Notes under the pieces: model-generated
What the model was told of the DNA's origin: nothing
Seen by the model: the letters and a program-made list of their open reading frames with translations, nothing else
Databases searched by the model: none
Shown: piece after piece, positions 53,376 through 64,000 of the stretch
Numbering within the stretch: the first letter of the stretch is position 1
How the letters are laid out: each line of letters opens with the position of its first letter
Translations under genes and position numbers: made by a program
DNA from: Camelus dromedarius
Lineage: Eukaryota
Reading direction: 5' to 3'
Length of the DNA stretch: 64,000 nt
NCBI RefSeq assembly: GCF_036321535.1
Contig: NC_087472.1
Coordinates: forward strand, 100,442,001 to 100,506,000

Positions 53376-53779
53376 TTTGAACTTATCTTTGCAGTTGAAT
53401 TGGTATATCCTCTTTGTTCCTTTCTTCTTCCTTTTGTGGTTTGGTAATTTTCCTTTGTATTATCATGGATTTTATTTAATTTTTGTGACTCCTTTGTAAA
53501 TTTTTGGCTTGTGGTTACCCTTTTTTGTAAATCTATCAACCCATTACTATAACTGTTTTTATTAAACTGATAGTAACATAATCTCAAACCCATCCTACTG
53601 TTAAAAAAATTTAAAAAAGAAAGAAAAAAATATTCTATATTTCCCTGCCTCCCTCTCCCACTCTCAGTAATTTGTATGTCTTCTTTTATAATTTCATGTT
53701 TACTTTATTTGTAATTCATGAGTTATCACCTTTCCAGTTGTGTGTTTCTCATTTCTGTAGCATCCTGCTGCTTTTCTAT

Positions 53780-54683
53780 TTAGAATAGCCCTTTCAATAT
53801 TTCTTTTAGCATGGGTTTAGTGTTGCTAAACTCCTGCAGCTTTTTTTTTGTCTGTGAAACTCTTTATTTCTCCTTCTATCGTCAAGGATAGCCTTGCTGG
53901 ATAAAGGATCCTAGGCTGCATCTTTTTTTCATTCAGGGCTTTGAATATGTCTTGCCACTCCCTTCTGGCCTGTAGTGTTTGTGTAGAGAAATCAGCTGAG
54001 AGCCTTATGGGGGTTCCCTTGTAACTTACTCTTTGCTTTTCTCTTGCTGCCTTTAGAATCATTTCTTTATCCTTGACTCTGGCCATCTTGATTATGATAT
54101 GTCTTGGTGTGGGTCTATTTGGGTTCTTCCTGTTTGGGACCATCTGAGCTTCCTGTACTTGGATATCTGATTCCTTCTTTAAGTTTGGGAAGTTTTCAGT
54201 CATGATTTCTTCAAAAACCTTTTCAATCCCCTTTGATCTTTCTTCTCCTTCTGGGACCCCTATTATGCGAAGATTGGGATGCTTTATATTATCCCATAGG
54301 TCCCTTATGCTATTTTCATTATTTTTTATTTGCTTCTCTTGTAGTTCTTCTGAATGGGTGCTTTCTATTGCCCTGTCTTCTAGATCACTAATTCGTTCCT
54401 CTGCATTATCTAGTTGGCTTTGCACAGCTATTAGATCATTCCTCATCTCTGTCAATGAGTTTACCCATTCTACTTGGCTCTTCTTTATAGCTTCAATTTC
54501 ATTTTTGACATATTTTATATCTCTAAACACTATCTCTTTTAATTCCTTCAGCAATTCGATCACTCCTTTTTTGAAATCTTGATCTAGTAGGCTATCGATG
54601 TCTATTTCGTTGATCTTTCTTTCAGGGGATTTCTCTTGTTCTTTTAATTGGGAAAGGTTTTTCTGCTTCTTCATCTTGCTCAT
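53780..54683 (-). pseudogene. L1 ORF1p (coiled coil, RRM, CTD) with one +1 frameshift near the C-terminus
   Basis: Motifs NLRIIGVPEGEE, TPRHIIIK, ARREW and YPARLS. The A9 run at 53841-53849 shifts frame; removing one A restores ...DKKKLQEFSNTKPMLKEILKGLF* ending at 53780. Confidence 0.93.
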
Positions 54684-55169
54684 ACCTCTCTGGCACTGTG
54701 GTTTATGGAGTATCAGTTGTTTATTTTGGTCCTTAAGGATTTTATCTATCTGATGCCTATTTAGGAATAGAACTTAGGAAAAAAAGAAAAAAAAATAAGA
54801 GAGAGAGAGAAAGAATTTTAAAAGAAGGGAGAAAGAGGGTTTGAAAACAGTGTATAATGAATAATAAAAGAGCGAGTTGAAGCAGAGTATTAATCGGGTT
54901 GAGACGTCCTTTTAAAACCTTTACAAAAAAAGGGGGGGGGAGGATGAATAGATGTATTTGAAACCTGTGTCTAATCAATAGCAGGACATCAAAACCCAAG
55001 AGAAATAGAAATGAATTAAGAAGTAAAAATTAAGAGAGTAATAGAAAATAGAACAGGTAAAAACATTAAAAAAAAAAGGGGGGGGGTTGTCGGTGTTCTC
55101 CAGGAGTCTGTGTGCTTTTAGTGTGAAGTCTTTCTGTCTTCGTCCTGTTTTGGAAGCTCAGCTTGCTGT

Positions 55170-56354
55170 TTTCAGAGGCCCTCCGTTGGCGCCCTCTTCT
55201 GTGCTGCTCCCAGCACCTGTCGGCAAGCAGATCGCGCCTCCTCCTAACACTGGGTCAGGTGCAGCTCTCTGCTGTGGGCGGGCGGGTCACTGCCCTCCGG
55301 ATGCCGCAGTCAGATGTTGCAGACTGGCCGGGTAGGAGGGCGGGTCGTGCCCCCTCCCAGCACCTCGGTCAGGGGCTGTGTTCCTGCCCGAAAGGCGGGG
55401 GGCTGCTCTCGCTCTACCTGCGCCGCCGCCGGTAGCTCCGCTGCTCTGTGCGGCTGGGCGCTCCGCCCTGGTCGGCGCTCCGCAGGTGGGCTCGGGGAAG
55501 ACCGAGGGACAGCCCTGTCCCTGCTCCGAGCCAAAACCCAGCTCCTTGTTTGTCTTTGTGGAGCAAGTTCTCTGAGGGACCAGGATGGAAGGATCCTATC
55601 TGCCCCGGGCTGCAGGCCAGTCTCAGTCTGGCCTTTGAGGCTGCTAAGCCCTTCAGTGTGGATGCAGGTTTCGCCCCCGCCCCCGCCTGAGTGCTCAGCG
55701 CGGAGGATATGGCGGCTGTGCCTGAGCCCCGCCTCTCTTCCCCCGAAAACTTTCCGCGGGTTTTCAGAGATGGGGGTGTGCACCCTTCCCCCGAGAGCAC
55801 ATCAACCTTGCTGTTTTATGGAGGGCCCAGGTGGTTCTGCCCTGTGCACCCACAGCCACGGCGCGCAGCCCCTTGCAGTCCCCTGGGGCTGCCTCTGTGC
55901 AGCCGCCCCCTTCCTCCGCCCGGCTTGTGCAGCCTGGCCCTGCCCGCCGATGCCGGCCCGCGTCTCAGGCTGGGTGTCGGGGGGACGCTCTGTGCCCGTT
56001 TAACTTAGTTCTGTTAGTCAAGGGCTGCTCTGTACAGATCCGAGCCTCGGAGGCTCCCCCTCCGTCCCACTGGCCTCTCAGTTGGAGAGGGGAGACCCAG
56101 CGAGCGAGCGCCAGTCCTCCTTTGCCGCTCCCTCCCCGCGGGACCCGTCCCGCGCTGCTTTGCCTTTTGTTCTTTCTTTTTTCCTTTTCTCCTACCAGAG
56201 TTTTGGCGTCTTTATCTTTTGAAGAGGGCGATGGTCTGTTGGAGTTCCGCAGGTGCTCTGGTTGGCTGAGTGGGTCTGTAGATGTGGGTCTTGGTGTATT
56301 TGTGGGAGAGGGTGACCTGCGAGTGTCCTTCTACTCCGCCATCTTCTCCGTCTC
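55170..56354 (-). promoter_or_regulatory. CpG-rich L1 5'UTR internal promoter with 5'-terminal YY1 site (AAGATGGCGG, 56336-56345)
   Basis: The only CpG-dense stretch in the window. The element starts GAGACGGAGAAGATGGCGGAG, the conserved mammalian L1 YY1 motif. Confidence 0.85.
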
Positions 56355-58220
56355 TGAGAAATAGATTTTCAAGGCTCTTGTCCTTCCTAAAATGCACATC
56401 CCTTCTAAAGTGGAACGGGGTGGACAGCCAGTTGGTCAGTGGCTCTTCACTATTTTAAACCACAGCCCAAGACGAGAAGCAGCCCAGTGTAGTGAGGCTA
56501 GAGAGCCTCGGCTCAGATCCTGGTTCTGTCCTTTTACTATGCACGTTACTTGACTTCCCTGTGCCTCAGTTTCCCCATCTGTAAAATGTGGATAATGTGC
56601 CTCGTATTATTGTTATGAAGACTAAATGAGATAGTACTTATGAAATGCCTGGTCATAGTGATGTTATATAAATGCTTGCTAATTGAAAATAGACTCCCTT
56701 TCGGACTATTTTTCCTGGAAAAAAAATACATATGAATACACACAAATTTACCTTCTATTTCAGGGACTGTCTGGGCATTCCAAAATGCATCCCCTAAATC
56801 CTCAGGGAAGGGATGGTCCATAAACCCCTGAGAGAGGTCAGATCAGTTCTGGAGGGGTTAAGGGGCAAGGGGACGGGTGCGTGGTACTGCGTGAGGTTGG
56901 GAGAAGAGCAGGAATCAGAGCTTGGGGACCGAGCACACATTTCCCCTGATTCCCATTTTGGCCAAGGCCCACCTCGAATTGCCCATCGTTTGCACTTTGG
57001 GAAATTCCATCAGCTAGGAGCTGAAGTTTTGTTTAGTGGTGTCATTAATAATTGTTTAATAAAAACGTTATGTCAGAGTATTTATTGAGCAGTGTGACGG
57101 GAGATGGTCACAGCTCAAGTCAACAAGTTTCGGCTGAGCCGAAGTAGAAGTGTTTTCATTCATTTTGTTGGTTATGTAGTAAACTCTGAAAATACAGTTC
57201 TTGGAAGAGTGTCTGTTGTTGCAAGCCCTGAAGAGCCAATGTAATGACAATATTGTTTTGTTTGGGGTTCCCATATAAAAGTGCCAAGGCGTGGTGCCTT
57301 GTGTTGAATCATCTCTCTCTGGAGCAGTAATTCAATCCAGAGAAGGACTGCCACCAGATTACAAATTTTAGTTGGGTCTAAAATATCCATGCAAGGGGGG
57401 AGGTGGGCAAGTCATATCCTTTTTAGATCCACTTCTAGAAGATTAAGCCGTTATCTTTCCCACCCAACTTGGGGATGAATGTGTTGGGAAGAAATACTCA
57501 TTAGTATTATCACAGTCACAGGTTTCAAGACAAAAAACCCCACCTGTCACCCATATTTTAAGTCCTACATCTCCCACCCTATCAAATAGCAGGAGAAAAA
57601 TGAACACTTCAGAAACACTCAGATGTGACCTTGTAAGACTTAGGTTCAGGTTGTTTGGGAGGTGATCCCGGGAATCAGGAGCGGGGACAGGAAGACAGCA
57701 TTAGGAACAGAGGAAAGGTCAATAAAGGATATATTATTGAGATCATTGCAGTAGGCAGTATTTGTGATATGTGTCTGGCCATTTTCATCCATGTTTGTAG
57801 GATCTGCTGTGATTGGCAGTTCTAGCTGCTGCTCTGAACGGCAGATTCCGAACAGTAGCCATCCAAGAAGTATTCTCAAGTGTGTCCTTCATGGACTCCG
57901 CGTCGTTACTCTCAGATCTGTTCCCCATCTTTCCCTTGCTGTGCTTTGTGTCACAGTAATCTGACCCCTTGTAATATTTCCATTAAATTCCTGCTCTTGA
58001 ACTACCTGTCGTGGGTTCCTAACTGATAGAGACTCTTTCACGATGTCGTCAGTTAGTCCGAAAATATTTTGAACATCTACCCGATACAAGGCCCTGGACT
58101 CGATTCCTGGAGGATAATAAGGCATCAAACAGCTGAGCATCTAGTCTGGAAAACAAGACATACGGTGGAAAAGTTAAATAACAGTGCCCAACAGTCACCA
58201 AATGCCAAGTAAATGGCCTT

Positions 58221-58765
58221 GGGGAACCTGTAAATACATTGCCTTACAAGACAAAAGGGCTTTTGCAGATGTGATTAAAATTCAGAAGGATGACCTGGAG
58301 AGATTATCGTGAATTACCTGGGTGGGCCTGATCTGATCATTTAAAAGTGGAAGTTGTTAAAAGCGGAAGAAGAAGGCAGGAGAGTGAGTCCAAGAGATGC
58401 TGCATGAGGGGGACTCCCCCATCCCATCCCACTCTTACTACTAGCTTTGAAGATGGAGGAATGGGGCATGAGCTAAGAAACGTGTGGGTGGCTTCTAGAT
58501 TCGGGGAATGGCCTTCAATTTACAGCCAGCAAGAGAATGAGGACCTACAACTGCAACAGACTGAATTCTGCCAATTACCCAAATAAGCAGGACGCAGAGT
58601 CTCCCCTAGAGCCTCCAGGAAGGAGTGCAGCCTGTCGACACCCTGCTTTTAGTCTGATGAGACTCAAGCTGGACTTCTGACCTACAGAACTCTTAACAAC
58701 AAATTTGTGTTGTCGTAAACCACTAACTTCATGGTAATTTGTTACAACAGTACAGGAAACTAACA
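58221..58765 (+). mobile_element. MaLR LTR (MLT1D/E-like)
   Basis: ttttgcagatgtgattaa...ctagagcctccag...ggtaatttgttacaacag..caggaaactaaca. Confidence 0.8.
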
Positions 58766-60639
58766 GACTGAAGTCTCCAGCTTAAATTGTTTGGCTGGTG
58801 TTTCCAGCGGTCTGTCAAATTCTAGAATGATCAGGTATGGAAATGATGTGGGGTGATGGGAGATGAATTCTTGACTCTGTGGAGTAGGAGGGGTGGTGAC
58901 AGTAAGGCATTCACGTAGCAGAGCTCAGACCACACTTGGCCATGTGGGATTGGATTTTGGGAGGTGGTGGCAATAACTTTGAAAGAGTGTGCCAGGGAGG
59001 CGATGTAGGGAAAGAGACTCCATCGAGGGGGCCAGTTTCTTGAGTTTCCAGTTCCTCTGTTTGGTGTCCATTCGAAGCAGAGGCATGCCAAACTCCTGCT
59101 CATCATAATTGGAGTATATGGACTTTGTTTTAAAAAATCACTAGGGAGTCATATTGAGTAAATTTTATAGACAGATCACAATAATTTTATTTATGGACTG
59201 AAATTGAGACTTCAATAAATGAATAATGCTTTAAAATTCGCTCTTTGTAGGTTTCCAAAGGAAAATCTGAAAAATTTAAATGTTTTTCCTTTCTTTGTTT
59301 GTGAATCCTTTTAACAATGGAAATGTTTTGTCTCCTAAGAGTGGCATGGAGCTCAAATACATGACTCACTGGAAATGACGACCACCTCTTTGGTTGTAAC
59401 AAATGGGAAGTGAGTTAGGAGAGAGCCCAAGAGAAACAAGAGGCTGATACTTAGGAAAATGTAAGGCCTGTGGGGACGTCTCTAGGTTGGACCAGGAGTG
59501 ATGTGGAGCACTGTAATGAGAGACAGAAAAAGTGAATAAAATGTTAGTCACTGAGTAATCTGGCCCCTAGAAGAAAAGAAAGCTAAAAGGAAAAAGCAGA
59601 CAGTAACAATTTAAAAATCTCTAGCTTTTATTTACGGGGTTCCCTCCCTTCTTCGGTGTAGATTGCTGCTGAGAGCCCTGCAGGCTTGGCTGGTCTTGCC
59701 CCTGATCTATGTTTCCATCAGGTTTTATCTCTTGATTGTGAGTCCATGCCTATCAAACCTGTCTACCCAGAGATGGCTGACCAGGAAAGTTCCTTCTCTA
59801 CTCTGGCTCCCCCATTACCCTTGAGTTGTCTATTTCCTCGAGCATCTAAGAAAGAGGTAAAACTCAAACCAGCCTCTTTCTCTGTGGGTACATAGCTCTT
59901 TTCAAAGGATTTAGCAGCGGAGAAGGTTGGAACCATTGGTGGCTCTGGTCAGCCACTGGAGAAAATTGAAAAGGAAGCAGTATTAACTCCTGTTGCCCTT
60001 CAGCATCACTCTCCATCCCTCTTCCCTGGTACTCAACTATTCCTCAGTGCCTTCGTGCTGTTCCCTGCCTTTGCCACGTTCCCACCCCACTCTACCTCAC
60101 CTGCCTAAACTGATATGTCATTTTCAAGTAGCCCATATTGAATGTTAATTCTTCCCAGTACTTTTCAACATGGCCCAGTATGGTAGGTCTTTGCTGCATG
60201 ATCAGAATTCAGCCAATTAGAATTAATTCATACTAAATTGTGAATGACTGATTTCCCCCCTTAGTGCTCCCAAGAGCATTCTAAAAATTAAACTCCTGTC
60301 AACACACTCTTTGATTGGTGGGATATTAAGGTAGCGTGAGGGATATATTGAAGGACAGAGACTAAGAAGAGGCAATTTCAATTAAATTAGGGCATCAAGG
60401 TACTGACCACTCTGTACTAACCATTTGAGCTCTCATTCAGTCCTGCTTTCAAGCAGACCTGTGTTTTAATTATCCCAGAAAATCATCAGTACCCTATCAC
60501 TATTTAAGGAAAATAGGCTCCTGGAGGCTACCAGGTATGTTTCACTCTGCAGTTTTAGTTTCTAAATATACTTATTCTTTCTTTTTAATTGTCTTAAGAT
60601 ACCACTATGGAAATAACCATTCCTTTGTAATTAAAATTT

Positions 60640-61215
60640 TATAAGGTAATACTCCATGTGGGTGAGAATTTGGGAAAGTAACACCCTCATGTACTGCAAA
60701 GAGTAGTGTAAATCAGTTTGTTTTCTGAAGGGCATTTTGGGAATCAAAATTCATGGAATTTCTGAAGGAAATAGCCAAGTATGCGTGCAAAAATTTAGCC
60801 AAGAGGATTTATTGCAGGTTTGTTTGTAATCATGAAAATTGTACACAATAAAATGTAGGTCAAAAGGAAATTTGTTATATCAACTAATGGTACATCCAAT
60901 CAATGAAATGCTCTGCAGTCATCACAAAATGGTATTGTGGAAAATTGTTTAATGATAGAGAACAATGTTCAGGATATACTGTCATGAGAAAAATCAGGTT
61001 GTAGTTTATATGATATGATCTTTCTTATCATACATATATATACACATACATTCATATATTTACATACATGTAGATATACGTCAACACAGAGAGAGAAAAA
61101 AATCTATGTAAAAATGTTAATGTCATTTATCTCTGTGTGGTGAAATTATTGGTGGTTTTAACTTTCATCTTTTTGTTTATCTGTAATTTCTTGTTTCTCT
61201 AGTAAGTATTATTTT
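60640..61215 (+). mobile_element. Ancient L1ME-like 3' fragment, sense to the gene
   Basis: Degenerate L1 3' motifs on + (tgtttgtaat..tgaaaattg, tggtacatccaat, aaaatgttaa...tatctctg). Confidence 0.6.
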
Positions 61216-61752
61216 TCATAGAGAAAAATATAGAATTACTTTTCTTTTAAGGAATCTGAGCATTCTCCCAAAATAAATAACACAGCATTTATTGTAGTTT
61301 ATATCCAGAGACGCTTGATCTAGTTTAACTCAGAAGAAAGAAGTGGCTTAATTAAAGGTATGAAGTCTGTGCTAGTAGATATAAAAGAAGCACAGTTAAT
61401 GGAAGTTTAATTTATGCAGATGTATACATTTACTTTTACACATTCTAATGAATATTAGCCAACAACCAAAGTCTTTAGTCATCATTTTTAGTTTAAAGTG
61501 GTCTCAGCCATTGTATAACAAAATATGGAGAGCACCGTCAGTGGTTAAATTGGAAGAATTGCTTCACCAGAGATACATCTTTGTGGAGAACTGAAAGAAC
61601 GGATTAGGCTGTTGACAGTAATAGTAAATTGACATACTGCCCTCTTTTGGTCACTATTTGCAGCTCATTTTACATTCACTTCCATTAAAGATGTTAATCT
61701 ACAAATTCACGCACAAACGAGACTAATTTTAAATCGCCTTTTTCCTCAACAG

Positions 61753-61788
61753 AGCATGCTGATGATTCAAGTTTGTTATCACCATCCG
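61753..61788 (+). CDS. ADGRG2: ADGRG2 second coding exon (36 nt, phase 1-1)
   Basis: Acceptor tttttcctcaacag|, donor CCG|GTAAGA. In frame with the previous exon it reads (E)HADDSSLLSPS, matching recalled human EDTDNSSLSPPP and mouse ENGNSSLLSPS. Confidence 0.92.
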
Positions 61789-62659
61789 GTAAGACTTATT
61801 GCATGACTTTGGGGGAATTTCAGGAAAATATTCTAAAAGTTCTCCATGCAATGTCAGCTACAGCAAAATTGTTGTCTTCCATGAAGTTCATTAAATTCTG
61901 TCTTTAAACCTGTACCTGAAAAATCAATAGCAAACACAGACACAAGGACAGGCATATTGATCCTCCAATGTTGCTGGACAAAGCTGAGGTATACATTGTT
62001 GGTTTTCATTACGGTAACTGCTTAAGTTCTTCAGTATTATTTTTATTTTTTAATTTTTTTCAGTGTTATTTTTGTTGTAGTCTATTGTAGTTCACAAGTC
62101 TCCTCAAGAGTATCAAGAACATGTTTATACATGCTGAATGTTCTTATATTTGAGAATTGAGATGTTATCTTAAATATACTTCCTCAACACCTCACTGAAT
62201 AAATAATTTTCAAAAGATTTCTAAAGGCTTAGCACTCATGAGAATGGGGAGGCAAATCATTAAAGAGAAATTTATAACTAGGACGTGTCTTGGCAGGAAC
62301 CAGCAACCAAACCCCCATTTGAGACTGCTAGCTGGACCAGACTTCGGGGATAAAGTGGTCCCGCCCCATCCCTTAGTTAATGACAGTGAAGCCTGGAGCA
62401 GCTAAGTGACTTAACCTAAGTTCACACAGCTGCTTGCCCCACATTACACAGAGGCAGCCCATGGCTTCTCTGACTCCTACTTCTGTATTTCTTTCTGCAA
62501 TACATATACCATATATTACAGAACAATCTTCGTGGTAAGCAGTGTGTCAACTCACATTCTATCCTTAGTTGCACGAAAATGACCTACTGTTATTAATGAA
62601 TTCACTTAAATGAAATTAATAATAATCACTATTACTGCTTGTGCACATAGTAAATGCCT

Positions 62660-63080
62660 GGGAGTCTTCAGACATCTCATTCTGCTCCCAATCTTACAGT
62701 ATAGGGATCATTATATTCATGTTATAGATGAGGAAACTAAGGGTCAGAGAGGATAAAACTTGTTCATGTTCAGTCTCTGGAGCCACACTACTTGAGTTGG
62801 AATTTGGCCACGACCTTCCTACCTCCATTGCTAGCTATGTGGCTTTGGACAAGTTCCTTTGCCATTCTGTGCCTCAGTTTCTTCATCTGTAAATTGAGGA
62901 GAATAACAGTACCTGCTTTATAGGATAGATGTAAAGATGAGATGAGCTAACACTTGTGCCCAGCACAGAGTAAACCCTCAGTATTAATGATCATTACTAT
63001 TATGAGTTATTAAGTAAGAGCAGAGAGCCACATCCAGGACTGCAGATCTCCAAAGCTCAAGCTCTTTTTACTGAGCCAGT
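62660..63080. mobile_element. MIR nested in an oppositely oriented MIR; further MIRs at about 11770-11985, 27560-27770, 39430-39690, 40840-40975, 47680-47830 and 56505-56680
   Basis: MIR cores gatgaggaaactaagg and cctcagtttcttcatctgtaaa. Confidence 0.7.
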
Positions 63081-64000
63081 TTGCCCCCTCGTTGTTAAAC
63101 TTCTAGGATAAAACAAATCAGTGTATTTTTCTTCCACTGCAGTAGCCTTCTGAGACTTAATCAGGTGATATCTTTACAAAATCCTGTTGGCATGGAATGA
63201 GGCCGAGGGTCTGGAGGCACATGCTGATGCCAGGCGTAGCCTCGGGGCCTCTGGGGAGAGCCAGGACACAGCCAGGGATGGGCAGGCGGCTTTGCCCACT
63301 GGGCTCTTTGTTTGATGTCACTGTTCATCACCATTCAGAAAAAATACTAGTCATTAATTAAAAAACGACTTAGACCAATTGGGTTGTTCTGCCCCAAGAG
63401 CAAAAGCTTCCATATCCACACTTTGAATCTAACTGCTCAAGAACTGTTTTACTTCTCAAGAAGTATCCTTGGTAATTTTAAAAAAATGTAGTAAATGACA
63501 AAATTTGGAAGCAATAATATAGGACAGACAGGGTGTGTGTGTTTCAGCCAATGTATTAGTGGTCTAAAACAGACAGGCCCACCAAGTGCCTCGACACACC
63601 CAAATGTTGTCCTTACCAGCTGAGTATCAGGCTCCTTACTGCAAAGTTTCTTTTAGTTGTGAAATGTTTACTTGTCCTGTGCGTACGGAGAGGTCAAGCC
63701 ATTGGATCTTTTTAATATTTAAACATGCAAAATGTGTGCGGTAGACTGACCTCAGCTTAAATGGAGTTATTCCACGGGAAATTTACAATGTGATTGATGA
63801 TCTTAATAGCAGCCATATTTTAAAATAACTTACCAGGAAGTTGTGTTAGGTCATAGTGTTGAGTGATAGCAATATCATTTTTTTAAATCCTAAATTCATT
63901 GTAAGAAGAGTTACCAGGTGTTGTCATAGAGTAGAGCCAATGTGCCAGTACGTTTCATAATTGCAGTTTGACAAATTATTCAAGTATAAAATGTTTTTGT

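Larger units (their letters stand above)
49253..56354 (-). mobile_element. Full-length young LINE-1 (about 7.1 kb), antisense in an ADGRG2 intron
   Basis: GC-rich 5'UTR, ORF1, ~400-bp spacer, ORF2 (EN/RT/CCHC), 3'UTR, AATAAA and poly(A). Perfect 16-bp TSD tgagaaatagattttc at 49237-49252 and 56355-56370. Target TTTC/AA fits L1 endonuclease preference. Confidence 0.98.

Noticed and set aside
57129..57143. Palindrome ttcggct-g-agccgaa
   Set aside because: 7-bp arms are expected by chance at this scale.
500..59895. The many 60-200 aa ORFs in the six-frame track
   Set aside because: They lie in repeats, microsatellites, antisense L1 or low-complexity intron, often use non-ATG starts, and show no recognisable domains. 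Only the L1 ORFs and the ADGRG2 exon are supported.
61931..61988. Possible extra exon containing tcctccaatg
   Set aside because: Weak splice sites, 58 nt would shift frame, and no convincing peptide match. The next real exon probably lies beyond the window.
63060..63095. ccagtttgccccctc resembling the next human ADGRG2 exon
   Set aside because: It sits at a MIR end, lacks an acceptor and donor, and the match is short.
1..64000. CRISPR arrays, operons or other prokaryote-type systems
   Set aside because: The sequence is mammalian intron; no repeat-spacer arrays or gene clusters were seen.

Overview
Mammalian genomic DNA, probably camelid (three tRNA-Ala-derived Vic-1-type SINEs), and X-linked by gene identity. 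The window lies inside the 5' part of ADGRG2 (GPR64/HE6, adhesion GPCR) on the + strand. It holds the non-coding exon at 25496-25538, the signal-peptide exon at 35962-36080 and a 36-nt coding exon at 61753-61788. The rest is intron filled with repeats. The standout insertions are a young full-length 7.1-kb LINE-1 (49253-56354, minus strand, perfect 16-bp TSD, few lesions) and a 5'-inverted PABPC1 retrocopy (about 19727-20316). I found no convincing new biological system. The best leads are L1-derived splice and ORF features that could rewire ADGRG2, and an intact ORF in the L1 inter-ORF spacer. Gene and repeat names come from recalled sequences, not database searches. Boundaries of old repeats are approximate.
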